Source of the DNA: a virus
Taxonomy: Duplodnaviria; Heunggongvirae; Uroviricota; Caudoviricetes
Strand: one strand, 5' to 3'
Length of the DNA: 64,000 nt
Virus record (IMG/VR): IMGVR_UViG_3300029305_011318
Shown here: positions 48,401-57,453 of the stretch, one piece after another
Layout of the letters: the number at the start of each line of letters is the position of its first letter
Numbering within the stretch: the first letter of the stretch is position 1
Notes under the pieces: generated by a model
The model's database searches: none
What the model was told of the DNA's origin: nothing
What the model saw: only the letters and a program-made list of their open reading frames with translations
Made by a program: the position numbers and the translations under genes

Positions 48401-50924
48401 CATAATATACTTCATCTTGCCTTTCCATAATAAAATTAGCGGATTCTGTAAAATTAAAAACATTTTGATATGCAGATGTTGTTCCACCTGGGGCATTAGC
48501 ATTGATAATATCAAGTTCTGTTTTAATATCACATGCTGTTTCTTTTTGGTCTACATAGTAATAATATCCTTTTGTACCGGAACAACCGTCCATTTCCAAT
48601 ACATTACTTTCATATAATAACTCATTAGAATTTGCACTATCTTCATAAGCTTCTAATTTATATAAAAACGTACCACCGTTGTCTTTACAATTATTCCAAC
48701 CAATTGACATTTCTGTATCGGATGCACGTTTTAAAATTCGTTTTTCCGGTGCGTCCGGTGCCCATATATCATTTGGATTAATTTTAAAATCAGCGTCTAA
48801 AGCAGTAATTTTGCAATCTGTATCTAAGAATTGTAAAGTAGCTGAACCATTACCTGCATTTACAACATCTTGAGTAGAAATAATTTTTGCTTGTAAAAAC
48901 TCATTTGTATTAACGCCATTGGTTCCTGGTCTGATGCGGGAGCCTCCATACCAGCCACCACCGCCACCACCATAAATTCTTCTGGCGTTACCTTCATTAT
49001 TAACTATATAATTCGCACCAATACTATTTGTCATGCCACCTGTTGAGTTAACGCTACCATTAGCACTGTTATATGTAGATATACAATGTACATAATAAAT
49101 AGAAGAAATGGCACTTCCGCCACCTCCACCTCCTGCAACTACAATACGATTGCCTTGTGAAGTTCCATTTAAACGAAAATCAGTAGCACCACCACCACCA
49201 CCAGAACCGGCATACCATGTGGTATTTTTTGCATATTTATCCCATGCACTACCACTTGTTTTTGATTTAAAATAGGCCTCTAAATTATGTTCACAATCAT
49301 CCCAACATCCATTATATTTACGTACTGTACGATTTGCTGTGGTTGCTCCTAATCCGCCACCATTATAACCAGCATTTCCAGTTCCTGCTGCTCCTCCTAC
49401 ATAAACATATATGGTATCTCCATATTGCAAATGTACATTAGCTTGAATTTTTCCTCCATTACTGCCAACACCTTGTTTATCATAAATTCTTTGATTACAA
49501 TGTTCGCATTTGATAGAAGATTGTGCATATGCATCTCCACCACGACCACCTAATGCTGTTAATTGATAAGTTCCGGTTGCTTTTACTTTATATGTGTAAT
49601 ATCCATTACCGGTATAAGCATAAGATTTACTGATTTCATTTTCATCAAAACTATATCCATTGACATTGATTTTATCATAAGTAAGTCCATCATCCATGCT
49701 CGCATAAAAAACATAGTATTTTGGTATACCATCATCAATAGCATCAACGTGAATCGTATTTTCTGAACTTTCAGAAATATTAATAGGACCATCAAATAAA
49801 TAATGGGCAAGATAATAATTATCTTCTAAACCAAATACATAAGATGTTCCTGTCATAATTCGATTTGGATTAGCAGAAATATCTTTTCTATCTGTCCAAT
49901 ATCTAAATTTGTAGCCATCTCTTTTGGCTTCTTCTAAAATAATTTCTGTACCATATTCACAGGTAATTTCTACATCTCCGGTATTTCCATTATAACTACC
50001 ATGTTCTCCTGTTGATAATATTAATGTACTTTTTAAAGTTTCTTTATAAGTAATTGTGGCTTTTCCATGTCCGAAATGAGTTCCTTCTTCTATATGTTCA
50101 TCTGAAATTTTATCTGAAAAATAACTAATTCCACCATATCCATCAGATGCTCCATACCAAAAACATGGACCACCATAATAACCACCACCGGATGCAGCTG
50201 TATACCATGCAGTAAAATGCCCACAATCGCCTTGATTTAATTGTGAATCTGTTCCTTTACCTAATATATCATTGCCAGAAGATAAAAAGTTACCATATGT
50301 AATTTGGTCTTCATTGGGTACATCAACATGTGATTCTACTAAACCACCACCTCCTCCGGCAACTAAAATTCTACTTTCTAAACTATTGGTATCATTCCAA
50401 TTTCCGGATATAAGTCTAAAATCACTTGCTCCTCCTCCAGAACCTGTTTTGTATTCAATATACTCAATATCATCTGGGTCGGCACATAAAGCATCACTAT
50501 GTTTAGTATGACCGCTTTTTCCTAATCCACCACCATTAAAAGTCGCTGGATTTTCAACTAAATCAATATTTCCGTGTTCACCAAGATAAATGTATAAGGT
50601 ATCATTTTGTAATAATTTTATTTCACCTGCCGTATATCCGCCATAACCTTTTCTGGAATTAGAAGTGGCTCCACCACCAGATGCTCCCCATGCTTCTAAT
50701 TCATATATTCCATTTGCGGGACATGTCCATTTATATACATGGTCACTAATTTGTTCAATTTCGTTTACATTGTCTGCCACATCATAGTTAAAATTCCATT
50801 CCGTAACAGATAAGTTTTCTGCAGCATAAACAGGGATGGGTACTGAAATACTAGCCCCAATCATTGCAATAGATAAAATAGTTGATAATAATCTATTGAT
50901 GTTTATTTTTGTAATATGCTTCAT
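45489..50924 (-). CDS. Giant secreted Gly-rich surface protein with Listeria-Bacteroides (Flg_new) repeats
   Basis: Signal peptide MKHITKININRLLSTILSIAMIGASISVPIPVYA. Multiple poly-Gly blocks (GGGGGLVESH, AGGGGGGSA, GGGGGGWYGG). Two F(I/L)GWNTKPDGTG repeats. 1811 aa. Confidence 0.7.
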   Translation of the reverse strand: MKHITKININRLLSTILSIAMIGASISVPIPVYAAENLSVTEWNFNYDVADNVNEIEQISDHVYKWTCPANGIYELEAWGASGGGATSNSRKGYGGYTAGEIKLLQNDTLYIYLGEHGNIDLVENPATFNGGGLGKSGHTKHSDALCADPDDIEYIEYKTGSGGGASDFRLISGNWNDTNSLESRILVAGGGGGLVESHVDVPNEDQITYGNFLSSGNDILGKGTDSQLNQGDCGHFTAWYTAASGGGYYGGPCFWYGASDGYGGISYFSDKISDEHIEEGTHFGHGKATITYKETLKSTLILSTGEHGSYNGNTGDVEITCEYGTEIILEEAKRDGYKFRYWTDRKDISANPNRIMTGTSYVFGLEDNYYLAHYLFDGPINISESSENTIHVDAIDDGIPKYYVFYASMDDGLTYDKINVNGYSFDENEISKSYAYTGNGYYTYKVKATGTYQLTALGGRGGDAYAQSSIKCEHCNQRIYDKQGVGSNGGKIQANVHLQYGDTIYVYVGGAAGTGNAGYNGGGLGATTANRTVRKYNGCWDDCEHNLEAYFKSKTSGSAWDKYAKNTTWYAGSGGGGGATDFRLNGTSQGNRIVVAGGGGGGSAISSIYYVHCISTYNSANGSVNSTGGMTNSIGANYIVNNEGNARRIYGGGGGGWYGGSRIRPGTNGVNTNEFLQAKIISTQDVVNAGNGSATLQFLDTDCKITALDADFKINPNDIWAPDAPEKRILKRASDTEMSIGWNNCKDNGGTFLYKLEAYEDSANSNELLYESNVLEMDGCSGTKGYYYYVDQKETACDIKTELDIINANAPGGTTSAYQNVFNFTESANFIMERQDEVYYVHVATVDNSGNVSETVTFEIPLSSFLEYSTNDEYCNKYGGANIATEGEIVTQELIPGTSVFVKENKTINEDIELTKKGFIFIGWNTKPDGTGDTIAPGTEITYDYILEKYGTIMTLYAQWKPEIYQINFNTNLDYLYHYGTSTSNPSVIVRKPQNVPAYNESIDFTRINKHTGQDMTGISGYWGTNGIEYTYENLNDIDNLELDYGGSLPTTSITGFTFLGWNTKPDGTGIFLTSNPNGELITFTNVVDNTTYNIDVKNTTFDSIVESLGKTKQEYDFTYQDIKDIPQIEVYAIWTNETFYQNFTYTTYEVSTVIKEADTNYYQSGNDDFSVLLTQYELIDENGNVVSVYSSIDDDTSGYNTITNRISNINMGELLTIPNDNGGWNLIRKTLFIESLSKPTNPSYWSKTASVSQILSSKSHGLYAIAQYLLPQKNNVSNYKLPTYEPFGPFYKDSYSGIDIDASSLIYLGMSHEDISGTIPMTKYSEYRTEIKENDEKILRTDLLKNYIQNNTDDIYHLKAAYPTGTVINTVDYMVQGEYYVIPEAATLNWARNNIKDCIENNVLNDPFNIRKVTYGYGGYSINDNISHIKLDKTAPTIEYFSVNQKTLDEFPVISNGLTKEALRTEMENIIKDNDFTTTFDVKVSDRKDDSIAAGSNDSISGIKEVLLYVWDVDNPITNHTYEMAQTSASGDTYNYNTTINLYKEFKGVNYLGYTIIVVDNAGNHTKLQTGSNYTGSQGITEDGYPIGDFSTDPMNTNPFNGGTAKGYLYNFSLKTVIYNENDVFNYDDQVYFAAGNNGHVEIWTIGYVENVKFNFLGYKLDGTFAPGIQSAEDIKNGKLDAIFNLGVDNINGYEAFKRNLSLHIVPIDTKIATKIDVTDMNDITKIVNGATAQYAFATYVNADMFGEDGTNIIIPEGSKVDIPEYWKYEIIGSTGIHNAITDNHYIIIEPLVDEVHYRTTHQTNNDYH

Positions 50925-51071
50925 TATACTTCTCCTTGTTATATATATATAAATAATGTTTTGTTATAAAATCTCTATTTTTATATGTATAAAATATTGT
51001 TAAAAACAATAAAAAAATAAGATTGGATTTATCCAATCTTATATAATATCTCATTTTTATTTTTTTAAATA

Positions 51072-51527
51072 TTAAGTATTTTCTTTAAAACAATTACTCA
51101 TACATTTTATGAAAATAGAAATAATTATAATTATCGCTAATAAAATGATTGTAATGGGATTTGTAATACATAAAAGAAAATAACCGACATATGGAATATA
51201 AAATATTATTTTTCCTTGAAAATTTTTTTCTGTTACATATATTTTATCTGGATTATCATTATTATCCCCTTTGGTTTCAAATCCTTCATTAGTAATAGCG
51301 ATAACCCGATGTATCACCATTGTATTAGTTGAAGTATTAAAGGCTATAATATCGTCTTTTTTAATATCATTATATTGATAATTCATATCTACGAAACAAA
51401 TACTACCTGTTTTGATAATCGGTTCCATAGACTTAGATAATACTTTATATGGGCGAATGCCTATTAATGATGCTATTGTAATTATTATGATTAATAATAA
51501 AATAATAAAGCAAATAGTATAAGACAC
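51072..51527 (-). CDS. Signal peptidase I, SipW/ER-type (Ser-His)
   Basis: SKSMEP box, VIHRVIAI (His where P-type enzymes have Lys), KGDNNDNPD box E. N-terminal TM. Confidence 0.7.
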   Translation of the reverse strand: MSYTICFIILLLIIIITIASLIGIRPYKVLSKSMEPIIKTGSICFVDMNYQYNDIKKDDIIAFNTSTNTMVIHRVIAITNEGFETKGDNNDNPDKIYVTEKNFQGKIIFYIPYVGYFLLCITNPITIILLAIIIIISIFIKCMSNCFKENT

Positions 51528-51586
51528 TATTTTACATATTTTTTCACGTAATTTTCTCCTAAAAGTTTGTTTTTTTAATATATATA

Positions 51587-51793
51587 TTAATTATTTTTAA
51601 TTATAGTCAATCCACGATTTTCTAATTCGTGAATTAATATTTGCGTATCAATTTTATTAATGGAGTAAGGATTTAAATCTTCATTACATACAAAATTTGA
51701 TTTATTAACGTCTTTTTTGCCTAAACAGCAATTATTAATTTTTCCTTTTGTATTTCTATAATAATGACTACAATATTGACAATTTTCTATCAT
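51587..51793 (-). CDS. Small Cys-rich protein
   Basis: CQYCSHYY...CC pattern. Confidence 0.4.
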   Translation of the reverse strand: MIENCQYCSHYYRNTKGKINNCCLGKKDVNKSNFVCNEDLNPYSINKIDTQILIHELENRGLTIIKNN

Positions 51794-52005
51794 ATTTATA
51801 ATTTTCCTTTTTATTTATATTTTATATATGGTACAATTCATATCTATTCCGTATCCCGGATACTGCATTATTCTCTAAAAGTCTCATAAACATTTTTCTA
51901 TTTTTATATGTATAAAATATAATTAAGTTTTTTATATTTTAAAACAAAAATAAAACCTCTATATATTGAAATATATAGGGGTTTAACATTTTTTATAAAG
52001 AAATA

Positions 52006-52281
52006 TTATAAATCTAATTTGTTTGATTGTATTTCTTGATTATTTAATTTATTTTCTTTGGATTTACATTCTTTCTGTATTTCTAAGAAAGTTAAACCAA
52101 ATAATATACTTGCCAAGACAATATTAAGAACACAAATCGACATATTCCCATTTTTACCTTGTATAAAAGCAAATAATATCATGAGAAAAATCATAATAAT
52201 TGGCAATAATTTTTTTAAAGCATCTCTATTTTGTGAAGATTTTTGTATTGATAGTTTTTGGTTTTTTTTAAACAATTTCAT
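52006..52281 (-). CDS. Small two-TM membrane protein (holin-like size)
   Basis: 91 aa with two hydrophobic helices and a charged C-terminus. Confidence 0.35.
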   Translation of the reverse strand: MKLFKKNQKLSIQKSSQNRDALKKLLPIIMIFLMILFAFIQGKNGNMSICVLNIVLASILFGLTFLEIQKECKSKENKLNNQEIQSNKLDL

Positions 52282-52384
52282 TTTTGATTCTCCTTTGCAA
52301 AATTAATATTATTGGCAAAAAAAGACTGTAAAAAAATAGTCTGTTTTTTTGTTCTTTTGAGCAATATTGATATAATACCCTGAT

Positions 52385-52627
52385 TTAAAATAATTCATGT
52401 TCGGTTTGGTACGATATAGTATAAGAAATTTCAGTTTCTTGTTGTGTATTTACATCAATAATAAAACAATTACCATTTGTAAAATTAATAATTTTATTAG
52501 CAGTTTGATTGGCTAAGTAATTACGCATTCTATAGGCGTATTCTTCTTTTTCGGTAAAAGTTAAATCCCCAAAAGAATTCCATCCGGCAAAATATAAACC
52601 ATTTTGTATTTTAATAATATAATTCAA
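52385..52627 (-). CDS. Hypothetical protein
   Basis: 80-aa ORF. Confidence 0.4.
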   Translation of the reverse strand: MNYIIKIQNGLYFAGWNSFGDLTFTEKEEYAYRMRNYLANQTANKIINFTNGNCFIIDVNTQQETEISYTISYQTEHELF

Positions 52628-52665
52628 ATTGAACTCCTTATTTTATAAGTATTTTGTATAATAAA

Positions 52666-52739
52666 ATGGACCCTCTGGGACTCGAACCCAGGACCATCCG
52701 GTTATGAGCCGGACGCTCTAACCAACTGAGCTAAAGGTC
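52666..52739 (-). tRNA. tRNA-Met (anticodon CAU), elongator type
   Basis: Folds as GGACCTT-TA-GCTC/GAGC-TCCGG-CTCATAA-CCGGA-TGGTC-CTGGG-TTCGAGT-CCCAG-AGGGTCC-A. G1-C72 pair, no encoded CCA. Confidence 0.85.
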
Positions 52740-52785
52740 CTTATTACAAGGGAATTCTGTCACATTCCCTTGCAATATATTTTTA

Positions 52786-52962
52786 TTCAATATATTTTGT
52801 TTTTTCTTTATGTCGTTTCGCATTACCAATAGACTTATATCCCGGTCTTGGTCTATAACCATTACAGGTTTGACAAAGTTTATTGTAATCAGCGTCACGA
52901 TTTTTTTTACATTCTCCATGACAAATATAAAATTCACATGGAGCTTCTCTAAATTTTGCCAT
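52786..52962 (-). CDS. 58-aa Cys-rich basic protein
   Basis: MAKFREAPCEFYICHGECKK...CQTCNGYRPRP, TGA stop. Between a box-2 copy (52993..53025) and tRNA-Met. Confidence 0.35.
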
Positions 52963-53040
52963 AATATTTCTCTTCTTTCATTGTTTGATTAATATTACTA
53001 TACGGCAATTTATTATTTTTGAAAGAAAAACATTAAAAAA

Positions 53041-54201
53041 TTATCCATTGTAGTTATAAATAATTTGCATATTAGATGGACATTCGTAATTCCAATAATC
53101 TCCAAATGTGATTGCATTCCATTGTTCTTCTGTTCCTTCATAATAAATTGTAGTTAAACCGCTACAATAAGCAAACGTAACACGACCAATAGAAGTCACG
53201 CCAACAGGAATATTGATGCTGGTTAAGCCTTCACACTCATAAAATGCATTATTTCCAATACTTGTAACACCTTCTGGAATGGTGATGCTGGTTAAACCTG
53301 TACAACCGTCAAATGCATTATTTCCAATACTTGTAACACCTTCTGGAAGGATAATACTGGTTAAACCTGTACAGCCAGCAAATGCCCAATTCCCAATGCT
53401 GGCAACACTGTCTGGAATGTTTATGCTGGTTAAACTCCTACAACTGATAAATGCACGACTCCCAATACTGGTTATTCCTTCTGGGATTACGACCTTTGTT
53501 ATTGTTGTTGGACAGGAGCCAATAATATCACTTGCATTTGAACACATTTCATCAATTCCACTTTCTTCCCAAGACGCAACCATCACACCATCTGCATCAT
53601 ATAAACCAGCTTCAAGAGTTGCAATGGATTCACTTGATTCAATCACAATTTCCCAATCTAATGTAGTTGTCCATGTACCAGGTGTAAGTTTTTCCGGTAC
53701 AGGGAACATTTCATCTGAAGATAAGGTAATTGCCCATGTTTCATTACTAGTAGTTGCTGTACAATGTAAATCATTATCAAAATAAGAAGTTTTTGACTTA
53801 GATATAGCATTTACAGTAATTGGTCTATAATCCCAGACAACTTGTTGACCGCCTACTTCAATCATTTGTTCAAGTATACGGGTAAATGTTGCATCTTGTG
53901 GTATATCTGGTGGTATATTTTGGTCTTCCCATAAATTAACTGATAAAACAGTATCCGGTTTTAATGCATATTTTCCATTAATATCAAAAGTTACTTGGTC
54001 TGTGTCTGCTAACGCAGAACCATCTACAACTGTTGGAAATGAAAATTCCACATATTCATCAATAGAAAAATTTAAAACAGTTTCCATTTCTGCAGTATTA
54101 GGGCTATCAAATTGAATTGTACTATCATTTGCATATACACAAATGGTATTGCTTATCATGATAAAAATTATTAATAATAAACTAAATAATTTCTTTTTCA
54201 T
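53041..54201 (-). CDS. Secreted BspA-type leucine-rich-repeat protein with N-terminal beta-rich domain
   Basis: Signal peptide. Repeats ITSIGNNAFDGCTGLTSITIPEGVTSIGNNAF. The N-terminal domain is paralogous to 54244..54780. Confidence 0.7.
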   Translation of the reverse strand: MKKKLFSLLLIIFIMISNTICVYANDSTIQFDSPNTAEMETVLNFSIDEYVEFSFPTVVDGSALADTDQVTFDINGKYALKPDTVLSVNLWEDQNIPPDIPQDATFTRILEQMIEVGGQQVVWDYRPITVNAISKSKTSYFDNDLHCTATTSNETWAITLSSDEMFPVPEKLTPGTWTTTLDWEIVIESSESIATLEAGLYDADGVMVASWEESGIDEMCSNASDIIGSCPTTITKVVIPEGITSIGSRAFISCRSLTSINIPDSVASIGNWAFAGCTGLTSIILPEGVTSIGNNAFDGCTGLTSITIPEGVTSIGNNAFYECEGLTSINIPVGVTSIGRVTFAYCSGLTTIYYEGTEEQWNAITFGDYWNYECPSNMQIIYNYNG

Positions 54202-54243
54202 ATATTAAACTCCTTGTGCAAACGAATTGTTTATTAGGTGTTG

Positions 54244-54780
54244 TTATTCGATTATGATTTCCCAATTTAAAATAGTGTTCCATATTCCGGGTGTAAATTT
54301 AGTGTCTTCATTAGTAAAAGAAATAAGACCTATCATTTCTATTGGTTCTCCATTTGGACCGCCCAATATGGCATCACATGAATAAATTACAGATGGAAGT
54401 TCAACATTTAAAGGAATTTCTTCTGAAGTTTCTGTGTTCGTCAAATTGATTTCAGAAAAAATAAAACCGTTAGTTTCATTATTAAGGACAGGTTCTGTAT
54501 CACTTGTAATTTTTAATAAAAGATTATGATTACTTTGAATTTCTCCTTTTGCTGTATATGTAAAAGGAATAACATCACCATCTGTTAATTCAGAACAATC
54601 AATCATTGCCGGAACAGACACTTCTACCCATTCCTCTATTTCTGCAATTACATCTGTTTGTGCTGTGCCATAACCACTTTCGTCTAAAACAATAGTGGTT
54701 TCTTCAGCAGACACTAATAACGTGCTGCTCATAAGTAATGATAAAATTAATAATAGTCCACATATTTTTCTTGTTTTCAT
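54244..54780 (-). CDS. Secreted protein, paralog of the N-terminal domain of the LRR protein
   Basis: Signal peptide. Ends TPGIWNTILNWEIIIE; compare TPGTWTTTLDWEIVIE in the neighbour. Confidence 0.6.
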   Translation of the reverse strand: MKTRKICGLLLILSLLMSSTLLVSAEETTIVLDESGYGTAQTDVIAEIEEWVEVSVPAMIDCSELTDGDVIPFTYTAKGEIQSNHNLLLKITSDTEPVLNNETNGFIFSEINLTNTETSEEIPLNVELPSVIYSCDAILGGPNGEPIEMIGLISFTNEDTKFTPGIWNTILNWEIIIE

Positions 54781-54785
54781 AGTTT

Positions 54786-55280
54786 TTAACTCCTTGTTAT
54801 TGTGATTTTTTTAATAGTTACACTGGTTGCTTTTTCATATGTATCAGTTAAATATCCTGTTATAATAAAATTAACAGTAGTTTCATCCGAAATTTTATCT
54901 AAACAATCCCAATTATAAACATGTCCTTGCTTTATTAATTCGGTTTCGTCTAATAAAATTTCATTTGTATTCATATCTACAATTTGGTATGTAATATAGT
55001 ATGGATTTTTTTCATCATTTACTAACTGTACATATGGTGTAGACTCATCTACATAATATTTTGTTTTTGTTTTAACAATAATATTGGGTAATTGTTTGAT
55101 TTCCGGTTTATAATATTCCCCATCCCAATTTTCAGTATCGGCAAAGGCTGGTGTTTTTGTGTCTGTTGGCAGTGTATTTTCTAATGAATTATCAGATGAT
55201 ATATTGGATGGTGCATTGGATGATAAAAATAATAAAATAATAATTCCAATAAAAAGACAACTACTGAAAATACCACACAT
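54786..55280 (-). CDS. Membrane-anchored hypothetical protein
   Basis: N-terminal TM helix, 164 aa. Confidence 0.5.
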   Translation of the reverse strand: MCGIFSSCLFIGIIILLFLSSNAPSNISSDNSLENTLPTDTKTPAFADTENWDGEYYKPEIKQLPNIIVKTKTKYYVDESTPYVQLVNDEKNPYYITYQIVDMNTNEILLDETELIKQGHVYNWDCLDKISDETTVNFIITGYLTDTYEKATSVTIKKITITRS

Positions 55281-55949
55281 AATAGGTAATAGTGCAGATT
55301 GTTGTTCAATAACTTCTGCATACGTATCATTTCCTAAATATACATATCCAATATGTTTACTAAATAAATATTTTTTTGTTTTACGGTAGAATAAATGGTA
55401 TCCGTAATAAAAATAATATTATCAGTTTCTGTTGTTTCTAAAGGTGTATCCGTACATTCATTCAAATCAATATATCCAATGACTTTTGCTGTTTTTGGTA
55501 AGTCATTTAATAAATAATAAGGAACATCAATATCATAAGAAGAAACATGATAAGATAAATTATTTGTATTGATTAATTTTGTAATTTGCATAAAAAGCTC
55601 CTTTTTTATTTTTATATGTATAAAAAAATTTAAAAAATCATATAAAATAAAAACAATCTCGAAAATTTTTAATCCGAGATTGTTGAAATATATAAGTATT
55701 TTTTTAATCTAATGTTGGAAAATCTTGTTATATAATGTTCGATTGTGATGTGACGGGTGTTTGAATGGTTTGTAATTGTTCTTTTTGTTGTAAATAATTT
55801 ATAGTAAAATTTCTACTGTTCTTGTAATGTCATAACTATAAATTCTTTTTATAAATATTAATTACAATATCATAATTTTGATTTGCTAAAAATAAATAAT
55901 CTAATTGCTGTTTCATTATAAAATCCTTTCATTTTTATAATGTAGTGAT

Positions 55950-56234
55950 TTATTTTTCCCACACTACTGTTACTAAGTTTTCTTGAATAAAATGAGCAAA
56001 TTCTTTAGAATCTGTATTATAAATATAACACATTGGACATCCGGGTGCATCCATTAATTCATTAATTGTGTGTTCAAAAAAAACTTCCTCATATACAGGT
56101 ATCTTTTTCTCATCTACATCATAAAAAAAATAAAATGCCGATTTTTTAGGAAAGCCATATAATGTTTCAATATATTTATTACAAAATTCTGTTTGGGTAA
56201 TTTGACGAATTGCATAATCAAATAAATGAGTCAT
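55950..56234 (-). CDS. Hypothetical protein
   Basis: 94-aa ORF. Confidence 0.45.
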   Translation of the reverse strand: MTHLFDYAIRQITQTEFCNKYIETLYGFPKKSAFYFFYDVDEKKIPVYEEVFFEHTINELMDAPGCPMCYIYNTDSKEFAHFIQENLVTVVWEK

Positions 56235-56321
56235 TTTTATATCCTTTCAAATAAAAAAATATGAATCATAAAAACCCCAAAAGATTGTTTCGGGGTTTAT
56301 TATACGTTCAGTTATATAAAA

Positions 56322-56828
56322 TTACGCCTCTAATTCAAGTTCTTCATTTAACTCTGCGTCTTTTTCTAATTCTTTTGTATCTTGTTCTTTTACGAAAATA
56401 CCATTTCTGCTTTCTTGTAATTCAATACCATTTTTATATAAAAAATTACACAATTCAATAGTAGTATTTGGAGCATATACAAAAATATTTTCCGGATTAA
56501 TTTTTAAACGATAATTCATCGCTGTTTGTAATAATACAGAGCCATAGCCAACATTTCTGTTTTCTTCTGTAATAAATAAATCTTTTACCATTAAAGAATT
56601 TGGATTGTAATCAAGATAGTCTATATTTGATAATATATCTTTTAATTCATCTGCAAAGCCTATTGAACAATATCCAATTAATTCATTATCTAAAAATGCA
56701 CCCCAAGCATAATCATAATTATCTTCTAACCAAGACATTAAGTCATTACCGGATAAATCATCTAATGTTTGCACGCCTTGCATATCTTCTAAATTCAATG
56801 GTCGAATTGTTAATGCTTTTACTCTCAT
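56322..56828 (-). CDS. GNAT-family N-acetyltransferase
   Basis: VKDLFITEENRNVGYGSVLLQTA acetyl-CoA binding motif A. Confidence 0.65.
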   Translation of the reverse strand: MRVKALTIRPLNLEDMQGVQTLDDLSGNDLMSWLEDNYDYAWGAFLDNELIGYCSIGFADELKDILSNIDYLDYNPNSLMVKDLFITEENRNVGYGSVLLQTAMNYRLKINPENIFVYAPNTTIELCNFLYKNGIELQESRNGIFVKEQDTKELEKDAELNEELELEA

Positions 56829-56871
56829 AAATATTCTCCTTTGTTATAAATAGTAATATATTTAATTTATA

Positions 56872-56897
56872 TTTATATGGATAAAATTTTCTCAAAA
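56872..56897 (-). promoter_or_regulatory. Box-1 promoter-like motif
   Basis: tttatatggataaaattttctcaaaa, with hairpin cctctataa-aaaa-ttatagagg (56909..56931) just upstream in gene order. Confidence 0.55.
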
Positions 56898-56949
56898 ATA
56901 GGTAAATAAAAACCTCTATAAAAAATTATAGAGGTCAAGTTCATATATT

Positions 56950-57453
56950 TTAATGTGTTGGTAAAAATATTGCTTTCCCAATAATATCTTTCTTTTTTAC
57001 AAGCCCAACTTCCGGAAATCGACTATCAACACTATTATTGCGATTATCGCCTAAAACAAAATATTCGTTTTGCTTTATATAAATTGGTTCTGAAGCGATA
57101 CCAGTATATAAAATCGTATCTAAATCTAATTTTTCTTGATATATTTGATTATTAATAATTATATCGCCATTTTGATTAATTTGTATGGTATCTCCCGGCA
57201 ATCCAATAATACGTTTAATAAAATATACGCCTCGTGAACAACTTTGTGGATGAAAAGCAATAATATCATTTCTTTGTGGTTCTTCAATATGATAAATAAA
57301 CTTATTAGCAATAAAATTATCCCCATCATGTAATGTTGGGTACATAGAACTTCCAGAAACTTTACCTCTTTGGGCAACAAAAACGGTAATAATAAAAGTT
57401 AAAAAAATTATACTATAAAATAAAATATCAAAAATTTTATGTTTTTTTCTCAT
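56950..57453 (-). CDS. lepB: Signal peptidase I, bacterial P-type (LepB)
   Basis: SGSSMYPTL, KRIIGLPGD, GDNRNNSVDSR boxes. N-terminal TM. Confidence 0.8.
   Translation of the reverse strand: MRKKHKIFDILFYSIIFLTFIITVFVAQRGKVSGSSMYPTLHDGDNFIANKFIYHIEEPQRNDIIAFHPQSCSRGVYFIKRIIGLPGDTIQINQNGDIIINNQIYQEKLDLDTILYTGIASEPIYIKQNEYFVLGDNRNNSVDSRFPEVGLVKKKDIIGKAIFLPTH

Noticed and set aside
52345-52370. Reverse-oriented box-1-like sequence (ttttgagcaatattgatataata) suggesting a plus-strand promoter
   Set aside because: It is a weak match with no downstream + strand ORF. It is probably a chance resemblance or part of the terminator region of the upstream gene.
53279-53785. 168-aa plus-strand ORF, and similar + ORFs at 41053..41490, 19615..19962, 9218..9613, 45564..45812 and 48121..48617
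   Set aside because: All lie antisense inside well-supported minus-strand genes (the LRR protein, bactofilin, the giant Gly-rich protein, the HNH endonuclease). The LRR and Gly-rich repeats create long antisense frames. They have no RBS or promoter box and low-complexity translations.
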